Both the position numbers and the translations under genes were made by a program. Under the pieces are notes generated by a model. That model had not been told where the DNA came from. It saw only the letters and a list, made by a program, of their open reading frames with translations, and searched no databases. Positions 17,695 through 28,279 of a DNA stretch of 44,002 nucleotides are shown one piece after another (position 1 is the stretch's first letter; every line of letters starts with the position of its first letter). Source of the DNA: a virus. The stretch lies in the UHGV virus genome UHGV-1377823; one strand, 5' to 3'.

Positions 17695-20382
17695 ATGCCG
17701 ATTAACCAGAACCCGCAGCGACAGGGTTTGAATATTGGTGCCGCGCAGCTTCAGTCTAGCGACGCCAATTTCATGGTGGGTACTGGACCTATTCAGGCTG
17801 ACCAGTCTAGTACAGCACGCCGTCAGGCTATCCAGAAGTTCCTCGGGGACTTCGGCGTAGGGTTCAAGCAAGAACTAGAAGTACAAGGCGCTAAGGCCGC
17901 CGTGCGCGGCGCTATGGATGCACAGAATACCCTGGATGCTGCCGCTGGTATGAGCGAGCAGGTAGCTAAACAGAAGCTGCTACTGCGTGAATACTACCAG
18001 GATGGGTACGTACAGGCTGCTGCAGGTGGTGAGCTTGCGCAGTGGAAGACGGACTCCCTGGCCCGCGCTAAGAGTGCTGCTGAGTCTGGTATGTCAGACC
18101 AGGAGTTCCAGCAGCAGGAGCAGAAGTACGTACAGCAGATGCAAGACAAGCTCGGGCAGTATCTCCCGCATATGGAGAAGCAGTCCGCTGTTGCTACGCT
18201 GAAGCAGCTTCAGATTACTAGCGCAGGTAACTACGCAGCCTTCCAGAAAGGGCGCGCACAGTTCGCTGTAGTCCAGGCTGACCGTGCCTTGGATAAGAAC
18301 CTGAGTGCTAGCTCTGATGAGTTCTATGCTCGTATTGAGCAGGGGCAAGCAGGGGCTGCTGAAGGCGCTGTGATGGGCGGTATGGAAGCTATCCTGGGTG
18401 CTGCGCACCTGGACAAAGATAAGAAACTGGACCGTGCTAAGAACTACTTGGTCAGCATTGCCCAGAACACCACAGACCCTATGCTCATTGACAAGCTACA
18501 GCAACTTGCTACACGGGAGCTGGGCGTTAACGCGGTTGAGGTTAATAAGGCTCTGTACTCCGAGTTTAAGCGCGCAGGTTCCCAGCTTGAATCTGAAGTC
18601 CGCTTTAATATCTCAGACCAGTTGCAGACTCTGCAAAATGCTTCCCCGGAGGAGCAGGAGCAGGGTATGCAGAGTATTCGTGCAGAACTAATTAAGTACG
18701 GGCAGATGGATGTGCTCAGCCCAGGTACTCAGATGGAAATCTGGGATAGTGCCAATAAGTTGCGTGAGCAGGCGTCTGCTAAGTACGCACTAGAGAATGT
18801 AATCTCTAGCAATGCGCCTACTACGGTACTGGCGGGTATGTTCGGCGGGGATGTTGACAAGGCGCGTAATCAGGTGCTGGGGAAGTTCCCTGACACTGCT
18901 CAGGGTAACGTACTGCTAGCGCAGTATGGTGCGTCCAGTAAGGACCCTTGGGCTATTCAGACTGCGCAGTCCCGTATGTCTAAGAACTTGTCTAACACCT
19001 TAGCTAGTCTGGACCAGCTTGGAGAGGATGGGCAAATCTCCACAGAGAACCAAGCCACCATCGCTACGTGGGTGCAGATGTACCAACAGAGTACGGACGT
19101 AGGTAAGATGGCACTGCTGGATTCTGTACCTGGGGATTGGAAGGGCGTAGTACAGCGTGCGGCTTCTCAGGGACCTAGTAATGCCAGTAACATCATGCTG
19201 GATGATATCCGTAGACTATCTCAGAACAAGGCGTCGGGACGCTACAACAACCTAGCAGTGAATCCTACCGAGGATATGCTGGATGCTAAGGGTACTGCGA
19301 ACTGGTTCAGCTTCGGAGACACTGCGGATATGCAGCGTCAGGAAGGTCGTGCCGCTATGGAGGCGGAGTACCGCTACCTGTATCGCACTAACCCAGAGGC
19401 GCTGGTAGGTAAGAGCGCTGAGGACATCAGTACCATGCTAGCCGGGAACATCCAGGCGCGCAAGCTAGAGATTGACGTAGCAGGTAAGCCTCGGCATGTG
19501 TATCTACCAGCAGGCTCCTCTATGAAGGACCTCATGGGTAGTTATCAGGGCGACACGCAGCAGTACACCACTGCGTTGCAGCAGACTGTGCAAGGTGCTG
19601 TAGATGGTGTAGTTGATCCCAGCAAGGTGCAGAAGGTTATCATTCAGGCAGGTACAGCGGGCTCTCGTGGGCAGAACCTTACAGCCACTGTAATCGATAC
19701 TGACGGGCTTATGCATAACGTTAGCATCAATAACGCACAGGTACAGGAGCTGGCTCAGGAAGGGTATGACAAGGCTCTAGCTGGCGGTGTCAAGATTGGT
19801 AGTACTGCTGTAGGCTCTAGACCAGCAACCTTCTATGACCATGACAATGGGCGCACTGTGCAGATGAACGTGGATGGGAAGAACACTATTGGTGTAGACC
19901 CGAACCTGTTCTCTGAGATTACAGCTAATACTATGCAGTTCGAAGGGTACAGAGCTAAGAAGGGCAATGGCAGCGTAGGCTTTGGCCTGCATGACAAGTC
20001 CGGTATGCCTGTTCCTAAAGAGCTTACGCCAGCCTGGGCTGTGTCAGTGCTGAAGACCAGCATGGAGAAGCAGTACCTTCCGGCTGTGCAGAAGCAGCTT
20101 AAGTCTAACGCTTTACCAGCAACAGACGAAGCCATGAAGGTTATGTTTGACCTGAATTATCATGGTGGTAACGGTAGTTCTGCTCCCGTAGCAGAAGCAG
20201 TAGCGCAGGTTCGTAAGGCGCAGAAGCAACCTGTAGGGGCTTACCAGTACCCGGTCTCCGAAGCCGAAGGTAAGGCCTGGCAGACTCTGCGTGCACAACC
20301 AGCGTACAAGCAGGCGCAGCCATCACGTAAGAAGTACTTGGAAGAGAACTTCCGCAGTTGGCTGTACGGAACCCGCTTCTAA
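17695..20382 (+). CDS. internal virion protein B (gp15-like) with C-terminal lysozyme-like domain
   Basis: 895 aa. The C-terminal EGYRAKKGNGSVGFGLH...DEAMKVMFDLNYHGG resembles the T4 lysozyme-fold motif EGYYTIGIGH...LINMVFQMG. phiKMV gp36 is reported to carry a C-terminal muralytic domain of this kind. Confidence 0.8.
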   Translation: MPINQNPQRQGLNIGAAQLQSSDANFMVGTGPIQADQSSTARRQAIQKFLGDFGVGFKQELEVQGAKAAVRGAMDAQNTLDAAAGMSEQVAKQKLLLREYYQDGYVQAAAGGELAQWKTDSLARAKSAAESGMSDQEFQQQEQKYVQQMQDKLGQYLPHMEKQSAVATLKQLQITSAGNYAAFQKGRAQFAVVQADRALDKNLSASSDEFYARIEQGQAGAAEGAVMGGMEAILGAAHLDKDKKLDRAKNYLVSIAQNTTDPMLIDKLQQLATRELGVNAVEVNKALYSEFKRAGSQLESEVRFNISDQLQTLQNASPEEQEQGMQSIRAELIKYGQMDVLSPGTQMEIWDSANKLREQASAKYALENVISSNAPTTVLAGMFGGDVDKARNQVLGKFPDTAQGNVLLAQYGASSKDPWAIQTAQSRMSKNLSNTLASLDQLGEDGQISTENQATIATWVQMYQQSTDVGKMALLDSVPGDWKGVVQRAASQGPSNASNIMLDDIRRLSQNKASGRYNNLAVNPTEDMLDAKGTANWFSFGDTADMQRQEGRAAMEAEYRYLYRTNPEALVGKSAEDISTMLAGNIQARKLEIDVAGKPRHVYLPAGSSMKDLMGSYQGDTQQYTTALQQTVQGAVDGVVDPSKVQKVIIQAGTAGSRGQNLTATVIDTDGLMHNVSINNAQVQELAQEGYDKALAGGVKIGSTAVGSRPATFYDHDNGRTVQMNVDGKNTIGVDPNLFSEITANTMQFEGYRAKKGNGSVGFGLHDKSGMPVPKELTPAWAVSVLKTSMEKQYLPAVQKQLKSNALPATDEAMKVMFDLNYHGGNGSSAPVAEAVAQVRKAQKQPVGAYQYPVSEAEGKAWQTLRAQPAYKQAQPSRKKYLEENFRSWLYGTRF

Positions 20383-20435
20383 CGGAGGTGGTCCATATCT
20401 TGGCTGCTAGGAACTAGACTAGTTTAATTAAAGCA

Positions 20436-20451
20436 AGGGGCTTCGGCCCCT
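20436..20451 (+). other. GC-rich UUCG-tetraloop hairpin AGGGGC-ttcg-GCCCCT
   Basis: Perfect 6-bp stem in the 100-nt gap between internal virion proteins B and C. Followed by gctcttatcacaattctttt. Confidence 0.4.
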
Positions 20452-20482
20452 GCTCTTATCACAATTCTTTTGAGGGAATACA

Positions 20483-23400
20483 ATGGCTCAGTTCTTGAAT
20501 CCAGAAGCTAATCCACAAGAAAAGGATTCTGCTAAGAGCGTAGCACCAGTACAGGCACCAGAGAAGCTGGACTGGAACAGTGCTACGGACATGGGAGTGA
20601 ACGCCTTAGAGCGTGCCACTATTCAGGCATCAGGCAAGACCCCTGCTGTTACAGCGGGCGAGAGTTTCGCTGCGGGGATGGGTAATAGCATCATCGCTGC
20701 GGCTATCCGTAAAGCTGATGCGCCGAACTTCGAGACAGACTACAACTGGGATGCTCGTAAGGTTATGCCGCAGGACCAGAGTATGCGTCTGCTTGCGCCT
20801 AATCAGGACGAGATTGAGTATCTGCATGACTCTGTGAGTCAGGATGATTATCAGTACCGTATAGAGCAAATGCTAGAACAACGACAGAGGGACCAGGAAG
20901 TTTCCAAGAATATGCTAGCCGGGATAACTGGTAGCGTGCTGGGAGATGCTCCTATCATCATGGCACCTTTTGCGGCTGCTGGTATAGCTGGGCGTACTGG
21001 ATTAGCAGTTCGTACAGCGTTGCGTGCGGCGGACGTAGGTTCTGCTGTATACGCATCTGACCAGCTAGGGCAAAGCAAGGGGGTGGCAGCCTTAATTGCA
21101 GGCATCTCCGGCGTAGACCAACTTTGGGACATGGCACGCGTAGCTAAGGCTGTGGGGCGTGCAGAAGCCGCATCTGGACGTGCAGGAAGGTTCGACCCGG
21201 ATGCTCCTACTATTCGTACTGCCAGGGATTCCGAGTTTGTAGGGCCTGTAGATAATTTGAGTACACGCCCGCTATCGGAACCTATCCCAGTCCGTAAAGG
21301 GCAACAGGCTAAGGTGGTTGTACGTGCTGTAGATGTTAAACAGCACTTAGCTGCTAGTGCACATCTTAACGAAGGCCAGAAAATGCTCCTGCGTACTCTA
21401 GACGGTGTTGCAGATGATATGCCTGTGCATTTAGTTGGTGATACGAACCTGCGTAGCTCCTACTGGAAGATGCCGGACTCCGCTAGTGATTATATTAGCT
21501 TACGGGCAGGGGTTACTTCTAAAGGTAAGACCTGGGCTACTGTAGGGGATGCCTTAAACAGTATGGACTCTAGCACCGCTAAAATAGCTTTGCACGAGCT
21601 TGTGCATGCAGCTACAGTGCGCAGCCTCAGCAGCACTGTGCCGGAAGCGGTCGCTGCACGAGCTAGTTTAGAGGATTTATCTAAGGGTCTACTGGCCCGT
21701 ACTGATATCCCAAGGAACCTACGTTACTATGCTAACTCTCCGGAGGAGATGCTGGCAGGGTTAGCGGATAGTTCAGACTGGGTTAAGTATCTGGATGGTA
21801 TTAAGGTCGGAGATGTCTCTGTACTGCGCCGTATCGGAGAGGCTGTACTTAAAGCCTTCGGATTCAAATCCCAAGACACGGCATTAGCTAAGGTGCTGGA
21901 CGCTTATGAGAGTGTAGTTAAAGTGTCTGCTGAGGATGCAGCTAACCCCATGTTTAAAAGCGGGGCTATGTCCAGCTTCAGCGAGGGTATACGCTTCAAT
22001 GCCCCGGCTGCTAACCAGACCTTACTGGATAATGTCAAGCGCGGCTTCCGTACTAACTTCGCACTGTACGACAACATCGCGCAGGGGAACAAAGACCTGG
22101 CAGACCTTTTAGTGTCTGATGGAGCTGCTGTAGGTGCCCGCAGGCCTTCTGTAGCAGATTATAAGCGTAACCTAACTCTGGAGATGGATGGTGCCGCTAC
22201 GATAGTAGAGGATGCTATTGTATCTGAGCTAAAGAGTCGCGGCGTTGGTATGCTGGACCGATTCTTCCACCGCCAGAACTTTATTGCTGCTAGACGTGAT
22301 TTAGAGGAGCAGGTGGGTAAGTACCTTGATGATGCTTATGAGGCTGAGCTGGCGGGGCGTTCTGTACCTGTCCCGAGCCCGGAGATAGCCCCAATCATTA
22401 AAGCGTACAAGGACTCTGGCTGGGCCGGGCGCTGGTACGACCACATGCAGGCATCCGGACTTACAGACCCCAATGCTATTGCACGTTCAGATTATTACTA
22501 TCCTAGACAGTACAGCTATGACAAGATGCGTCAAGGGTTAGCGGATGGTAAGACCTTGGATTCCTACAGGAACCTGTTCAGACAGGCCTTGAGGGAGACT
22601 TATCCGACTATGGATTCTGCGGTAGTTCAGAGAGTGTCTAAGGAAATCGTAGACGGTATCTATAATGGTCGCTCTGGCTCCGACGGTGCCGCTTGGAAGC
22701 AACTAATCAACGGTATGGATAATACTGAACTAGCTGCCGCTATGAAAGCATCCGGGATTAGCGATGCTGATGTAACCGCCTTCCTTACTGCAAATACACG
22801 TACATCCAGCACTACAAGCCCAGCTAAGAACCTTCGACAGCGAAACCGTTTCAATATGACTAAAGAGTATATTGTAGACGGTCAGCCTATGCGCTTGGTG
22901 GATTTATTAGACACTAACGTAAGTAAGGTTATGCACGGGTATACCAACCGTATGTCGGGACGTGTAGGTATGTCTTACGCAGGTATCTCTGACCTTAAGC
23001 AGCTTGAGACTATGATTAACGAGGGTAAACATAGTCTGGCCGACCCTGGCAAGTGGGAGCAGGCTGTTAATGATACCATCGACTTCATGCTAGGCGGTGT
23101 AGCAGGTGGTGCAGGGGCGCAACTTCCTGAAATCTTCCGTGCAGCAGGGAACCTTGCTAACGCAACCATGCTCAAGAACTCCGCATTGTACCAGATTACC
23201 GACACGGCCCTAGTCATGAAAGAGTTCGGTATGGCTCGAGTACTTAGGAGTATGCGCGAACAGCCTTGGTTCAAAGAGGGTGGTGTTGTTCTCAATAGCA
23301 AGGATATGTCTGCCAGATTAGACGCTATCTTAAGAGGCTCCGTGCAGCGGGATATGAAATTCCGTTGGCTCAATACCTATGCTGACGATAACTTGGATTT

Positions 23401-24187
23401 GACACGCAGTAGCAATTGGTTCAACGTTACACAGAATATAGGCCAGGCTGCTCGGCACGTTAATGGGATGTCCATGGTGCACAGGGCGCAGGTTAACTGG
23501 AACTCTGGTATTGTTATGGACGAATTGCAGAGCATGCTCAACGGGTCTGCCGATGCAGTTAAGCGTCTGGAAAGATGGGGTCTCGACTCCAATCTAGCTA
23601 AGCAGATGCAAGCTGCATACGCCAAGAACCCTGGTAAGATGCTACCACCGGACCTGCAAATGCAAATGGAAGTTGTAGGCTCACGCTTAATGGATTATGT
23701 AGTGCAGCAGGTACGTACAGGCGAAACCAGTCACTTTGCACAGTTCAGCCCGGTAGGGAAAGTTGTTGTAGGCTACCAGAGCTTTGCTATGGCTGCTACG
23801 AACAAGATTCTGCGCCGGGAGATGAATGATGCAGGTTGGATTGGCTTAGCCCATATCGCTGCGTATCAGTTCCCTATGATGCTGCTTATGACGCAGGCTA
23901 AGTACGCTATGGACGGTAAAGCTGGAGAGCATTCAGACAAGAAACTCATTACTGATGCAGTGATGGGTATGTCCGTGCTTGGTGGCCTTACCCTGATTCA
24001 GGGTGTATTCGGGGACCAATCCCCTCGTCATAGCCTGGCTGGTATGGGCTACATCATGGGTATGCTTGGCCTAATGCAGGACGTGGCTAGCGGTAACGTA
24101 GATGCCAAGGGTCTGTCTAAGCAGATGCCTTTGATTCAGGAGTTCGCGCCTACGCGAGCCATCATTAATAACTTTGGAGATGATTAA
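20483..24187 (+). CDS. internal virion protein C (gp16-like ejection protein)
   Basis: 1234 aa, the largest structural ORF, placed before the tail fibre as in T7 and phiKMV. Confidence 0.8.
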   Translation: MAQFLNPEANPQEKDSAKSVAPVQAPEKLDWNSATDMGVNALERATIQASGKTPAVTAGESFAAGMGNSIIAAAIRKADAPNFETDYNWDARKVMPQDQSMRLLAPNQDEIEYLHDSVSQDDYQYRIEQMLEQRQRDQEVSKNMLAGITGSVLGDAPIIMAPFAAAGIAGRTGLAVRTALRAADVGSAVYASDQLGQSKGVAALIAGISGVDQLWDMARVAKAVGRAEAASGRAGRFDPDAPTIRTARDSEFVGPVDNLSTRPLSEPIPVRKGQQAKVVVRAVDVKQHLAASAHLNEGQKMLLRTLDGVADDMPVHLVGDTNLRSSYWKMPDSASDYISLRAGVTSKGKTWATVGDALNSMDSSTAKIALHELVHAATVRSLSSTVPEAVAARASLEDLSKGLLARTDIPRNLRYYANSPEEMLAGLADSSDWVKYLDGIKVGDVSVLRRIGEAVLKAFGFKSQDTALAKVLDAYESVVKVSAEDAANPMFKSGAMSSFSEGIRFNAPAANQTLLDNVKRGFRTNFALYDNIAQGNKDLADLLVSDGAAVGARRPSVADYKRNLTLEMDGAATIVEDAIVSELKSRGVGMLDRFFHRQNFIAARRDLEEQVGKYLDDAYEAELAGRSVPVPSPEIAPIIKAYKDSGWAGRWYDHMQASGLTDPNAIARSDYYYPRQYSYDKMRQGLADGKTLDSYRNLFRQALRETYPTMDSAVVQRVSKEIVDGIYNGRSGSDGAAWKQLINGMDNTELAAAMKASGISDADVTAFLTANTRTSSTTSPAKNLRQRNRFNMTKEYIVDGQPMRLVDLLDTNVSKVMHGYTNRMSGRVGMSYAGISDLKQLETMINEGKHSLADPGKWEQAVNDTIDFMLGGVAGGAGAQLPEIFRAAGNLANATMLKNSALYQITDTALVMKEFGMARVLRSMREQPWFKEGGVVLNSKDMSARLDAILRGSVQRDMKFRWLNTYADDNLDLTRSSNWFNVTQNIGQAARHVNGMSMVHRAQVNWNSGIVMDELQSMLNGSADAVKRLERWGLDSNLAKQMQAAYAKNPGKMLPPDLQMQMEVVGSRLMDYVVQQVRTGETSHFAQFSPVGKVVVGYQSFAMAATNKILRREMNDAGWIGLAHIAAYQFPMMLLMTQAKYAMDGKAGEHSDKKLITDAVMGMSVLGGLTLIQGVFGDQSPRHSLAGMGYIMGMLGLMQDVASGNVDAKGLSKQMPLIQEFAPTRAIINNFGDD

Positions 24188-24189
24188 GC

Positions 24190-25926
24190 ATGGCTTTCAG
24201 TTGGAGTGAGCTTAACTACCCGGCTGGCACAACCTCTGTACCCGTAGATATAGAGTACCTTGACAAGTCCTATATTTACGTGTACCTGGACGGTGTACTT
24301 ACTACGGACTACACCTGGAGCAGTGATACTGTTATTCAGTTTAACACTGCCCTGGCTGCTGCTACGGATGTACTGCTTGTACGCCGCACAGATAAAGAGT
24401 TCTTGTACATTATGTTCGCAGAGGGCGCTGCCTTTATCCGGGAGAACATTGATACTCAGAACAAGCAGTTCCTGCATCTTGCTCAGGAACTAACCGAGGG
24501 GCGCTCTATTGAGGGCTTCTACGGGGACTTGAGCATGAACGGGTTCCGCATCACCAATTTAGGCGCTGGGGTTAACCCTGGGGATGCAGTTAACAAGGGG
24601 CAGTTGGACGTAGTGGACCAGCGCGTAGTGAACCTGGAGCAGGCGTTTATTCAGGACACTACGAGTTATCCTTGGTACACTATTACTTCTACTGTAACAG
24701 ATACCCTGGACCCACCTTTCAACTTCACTAAAGCTGCGCTGTACATTAACGGCGTATGCCAGGTGCCTGGGTATAGTTATGAGGTTGTATCGAACCAGAT
24801 ACTACTGGCTGACCCTGTACCTATTGGCACCTTAATCTTCGCTCGTCTAGGTGAGGATGTTGGTACCGGGGACGAGTACGCTACGGCAGAGCAGTTAGCT
24901 GCTGCTATCAGTGCCGCCGAACTAGCGCACGTGCAGTTACAGAACAACATTGACCTAAAGCTAGACGCTACAGCTAACGCAGTATCAGCTACTAAGTTGC
25001 AGACTGCACGTACAGTGCAGACTAATTTAGCCAGTACTAGCCCATCTAGTTTCGACGGTACAGCTAATATCTCCCCCGGTGTTACAGGGATTCTGCCAAC
25101 CACTAACGGGGGCACGGGTAATGTCAACGGGACTGTAGCGGCATTAACTACTGCGCGTACCTTTCAGACAAACCTTGCCAGTACTAGCTCAGCTAGCTTT
25201 GATGGTTCCGCTAACGTAACTCCAGGGGTGACGGGTACTCTACCTATTGCTAACGGGGGCACAGGTAATACTACTGGGTTAGCTGCTACTGCTACGGCTC
25301 TCGCCACGGCCAGGACCTTCCAGACTAACTTAGCCAGCACTGCAAGCGCTAGCTTCAACGGCACTGCTAACGTTACGCCCGGCGTTACTGGTACACTGCC
25401 GTTGAGTAATGGGGGTACAGGGGGTACTACAGCAGTCTCTGCGCGTGATTCTCTAGGCGCTGCTGCATCTGGTAGTAACTCTGATATCACGGCCTTGACC
25501 GCGCTCACAGGCGGTATTACGGGGCTTGTTGGGGGTACTGCTGCTGCTGCTGGTGTAGTTGGGCAGATTCTGGAAGCCGTCAGCGGCTCCGCTGTAGCGT
25601 TAACTTCCGGAACCACTACTAACCTGACTAGCTTAGCGCTGCCTGCGGGTGAGTGGTTGGTTATGGGTAGCATCCGTATTGACAGTTCCGGGGGGAGTAT
25701 CACATCCCGAACCTTAGCTATTAATGACGTGTCCGCTACTACCCCAAGCGCTTGGTATCATGACTATATATCCCAAGCCAACACCGGGGCGGGGGTTAAC
25801 GTTTATGTCGTACCCCTTAGGTACTTTAGCTTGACAGGCACTACTACTCTCTACGCGGTAGCTAACGTCGAAGGTTCAGGGACTCTGACCGGACGGGGAT
25901 ACATTAGAGCGATACGTATACGTTAA
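24190..25926 (+). CDS. tail fibre protein with T7 gp17-like N-terminal tail-attachment domain
   Basis: N-terminal ~150 aa resemble T7 gp17 (DIEYLDKSYIYVYLDGVL...LLVRRTDKEF...). Central region has three tandem ~46-aa repeats; C-terminal domain is Gly/Thr-rich. Confidence 0.85.
   Translation: MAFSWSELNYPAGTTSVPVDIEYLDKSYIYVYLDGVLTTDYTWSSDTVIQFNTALAAATDVLLVRRTDKEFLYIMFAEGAAFIRENIDTQNKQFLHLAQELTEGRSIEGFYGDLSMNGFRITNLGAGVNPGDAVNKGQLDVVDQRVVNLEQAFIQDTTSYPWYTITSTVTDTLDPPFNFTKAALYINGVCQVPGYSYEVVSNQILLADPVPIGTLIFARLGEDVGTGDEYATAEQLAAAISAAELAHVQLQNNIDLKLDATANAVSATKLQTARTVQTNLASTSPSSFDGTANISPGVTGILPTTNGGTGNVNGTVAALTTARTFQTNLASTSSASFDGSANVTPGVTGTLPIANGGTGNTTGLAATATALATARTFQTNLASTASASFNGTANVTPGVTGTLPLSNGGTGGTTAVSARDSLGAAASGSNSDITALTALTGGITGLVGGTAAAAGVVGQILEAVSGSAVALTSGTTTNLTSLALPAGEWLVMGSIRIDSSGGSITSRTLAINDVSATTPSAWYHDYISQANTGAGVNVYVVPLRYFSLTGTTTLYAVANVEGSGTLTGRGYIRAIRIR
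25004..25430 (+). repeat. three tandem ~140-145 nt coding repeats inside tail fibre gene
   Basis: Repeat units start at 25004, 25149 and 25306 (TARTxQTNLASTSxxSFDGxANxxPGVTGxLPxxNGGTGN). Protein identity is ~80% but DNA identity is lower, through synonymous changes. They produce the spurious minus-strand ORF 25164-25703. Confidence 0.7.
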
Positions 25927-25938
25927 GGTAGGTTAATT

Positions 25939-26238
25939 ATGGCAAAGGCGGCAACTAAAAGCCGCCTCAGCGAACTTCACAGGATGTTTACTGAGGCGCT
26001 AATTAGCGAACTCAAGCAGGCGGGGGAAGAGGAGATTCCTTTACCCGCTGCGGATAAGTCTGTTATCGCCAAGTTCCTCAAGGATAACGAAATCACTGCT
26101 GATGCAGACTCTACGGAGATGCAGGAGCTGCGGGACGAGTTCGAGGATGAGCTGGCAGCTAAGCGTAAAGCACGGGCTGAGGAACTGCTGGCTAAGGCTG
26201 GGGCAGACCCAGAGGATGATTTAGCAGGGATTATTTAA
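25939..26238 (+). CDS. terminase small subunit (DNA maturase A, gp18-like)
   Basis: 99 aa, acidic and helical, immediately upstream of the large terminase subunit. Confidence 0.7.
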   Translation: MAKAATKSRLSELHRMFTEALISELKQAGEEEIPLPAADKSVIAKFLKDNEITADADSTEMQELRDEFEDELAAKRKARAEELLAKAGADPEDDLAGII

Positions 26239-26239
26239 G

Positions 26240-28090
26240 ATGATAAGCCAAACTACACTGAGCAGACTCAAGCTCATCAGTGCTCGTACAACGGTAATGA
26301 ATGATAGCCCGAGGACTATCCCGAAGGACCAGCGTGAGGAAGTAGCGCTGATGATGGCTGTGACTCTGAAGGACTTCCGAGAGTTCGCATACTTAGGTAT
26401 GAAGTTCCTCGGATTCAACCTCACAGAGATGCAGGCTGATATAGCAGAGTTTATGCAGAAAGGCCCGCGCAAGCGCATGGTTGCTGCTCAGCGTGGTGAG
26501 GCTAAGACTACTCTGGCAGCGCTGTACGCTACATGGAGACTCATCCAAGACCAGAGCTGTCGCATCCTGATTGTATCAGCAGGTGAAAAGCAATCCTCAG
26601 ATACAGCGGTACTCATCATCCGTTTAATTGAGACATGGCCCCTGCTCTGCTATTTACGAGCAGACCCAAGCAAGGGCGACCGCACCTCATACGAAGGTTA
26701 TGACGTACACTGCGACCTGAAGCCTCTGGACCGTTCAGCTAGCGTAGCCTGCGTAGGTATCACTGCGTCCCTTCAGGGTAAGCGCGCGGACTTACTAATC
26801 CCGGACGATATTGAGAGTACCAAGAACGGTATGACCCAGACTATGCGTGAGCAGTTACTGGCATTGTCTAAGGACTTCGCCGCTATCTGTACGCACGGGG
26901 ACACGCTGTACCTAGGAACGCCGCAGACTAAGGACAGTATCTACAAGACCCTACCGGGACGTGGCTTTGAAGTGCGCGTATGGCCCGGTCGTATACCAAG
27001 TGAAGATATGGAGGAACGCTATGGCGATACACTTGCTCCTTATATCCGTGAGCTTATTGAGCGCGGGTATAAACGTACAGGATTCGGAATAGATGGAACA
27101 TTAGGAGAGTGCTCAGACAAGGGGCGGTATGATGAGGATGCCCTGCTAGAGAAAGAGCTGGACTTCGGCCCAGAGGGTTTCCAGTTGCAGTATATGCTCG
27201 ACACAACCTTATCTGATGCAATGAGAACAAGGATTAAGCTCAGTGACTGTATGGTCTACTCGGGTTCCCATGATGCAGCCCCAGACCGCCTCAGCTACAT
27301 AGCGGACAAGCGCTACCTCTATACAGAGGAGCACGAGGGTATCCGTGGGCAGTTGCTGTACCAGCCAGCTAGCTATGGTGAGCTGATGCTTCCGTACCAG
27401 CACAAGCTCATGGTCATTGACCCGGCGGGTTGTGGTGGGGACGAGGTGTCCTATGCAGCAGGCGGTGCAGCGAACTCGTACTTGCACCTGTTCTCTGTAG
27501 GTGGGTTCCAGGGCGGTATCAGTACTGAGAACATCGATAAGCTCATTGACCTGGCTATTGAGCTGGGTATCTCGGACTTGTTCATTGAGAGCAACATGGG
27601 GCATGGTACAGTAGAGATGCTGTTCATGAACCGACTGCGTGAGCGTAAGATTCCCGGTATCGGCGTTAGAGGGGGCTACAACACCTCACAGAAGGAGAAG
27701 CGTATCATTGATACCATCTCCCCAGTGACTCGTCGGCATCGCCTTGTAGTGCATTCTAGGGCGCTTACAGATGACATTCAGAGCTGCATGGCCTATAGCC
27801 GCGATAAGCGATGGTTGTACAGTGCATTCCAGCAGCTCCAAAGCATTACCTACGACCGTGGTAGCTTAGCAAAGGACGACCGTGCCGATGCCGTAGCTAT
27901 GCTCGTAGCAGAACTCAACGGCTTCTTGGTTGAGGATGAGAAGGTTTCGGCTGAGAAAGAGCAGCAGAAGCAAGCTCAGAAGTTCATGGATAATCCCATG
28001 GACTGGAAGCAAAGCATGGTTGCTCCGCGCAGCCGTGGTACTCAGGCCCGGATTGACCGGGGTTTAACTAGAAGAAAAGGAAGGTACTAA
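26240..28090 (+). CDS. terminase large subunit (DNA maturase B, gp19-like)
   Basis: 616 aa with an ATPase N-terminal region and a nuclease C-terminal region. Position and size match T7 gp19. Confidence 0.92.
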   Translation: MISQTTLSRLKLISARTTVMNDSPRTIPKDQREEVALMMAVTLKDFREFAYLGMKFLGFNLTEMQADIAEFMQKGPRKRMVAAQRGEAKTTLAALYATWRLIQDQSCRILIVSAGEKQSSDTAVLIIRLIETWPLLCYLRADPSKGDRTSYEGYDVHCDLKPLDRSASVACVGITASLQGKRADLLIPDDIESTKNGMTQTMREQLLALSKDFAAICTHGDTLYLGTPQTKDSIYKTLPGRGFEVRVWPGRIPSEDMEERYGDTLAPYIRELIERGYKRTGFGIDGTLGECSDKGRYDEDALLEKELDFGPEGFQLQYMLDTTLSDAMRTRIKLSDCMVYSGSHDAAPDRLSYIADKRYLYTEEHEGIRGQLLYQPASYGELMLPYQHKLMVIDPAGCGGDEVSYAAGGAANSYLHLFSVGGFQGGISTENIDKLIDLAIELGISDLFIESNMGHGTVEMLFMNRLRERKIPGIGVRGGYNTSQKEKRIIDTISPVTRRHRLVVHSRALTDDIQSCMAYSRDKRWLYSAFQQLQSITYDRGSLAKDDRADAVAMLVAELNGFLVEDEKVSAEKEQQKQAQKFMDNPMDWKQSMVAPRSRGTQARIDRGLTRRKGRY

Positions 28091-28279
28091 ATGGCAATTG
28101 CAGCACAAACTGAAGTAGTACAGCAGGAGCTTCTGCGTCAGCTCAATATCGTAGCCAAGGCTATGTACCAGTTGAAGACGCAGCCACAGTCTATGGCGTC
28201 CAATGGTCCTGCGTTTGATACGCTCATGACCCCAGCCCTGGCTGCTATTAAAGCGGCTGGCTACACTCTGCCTGCATAA
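28091..28279 (+). CDS. hypothetical protein (62 aa)
   Basis: ATG directly after the large terminase stop; no transmembrane segment. Confidence 0.4.
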   Translation: MAIAAQTEVVQQELLRQLNIVAKAMYQLKTQPQSMASNGPAFDTLMTPALAAIKAAGYTLPA

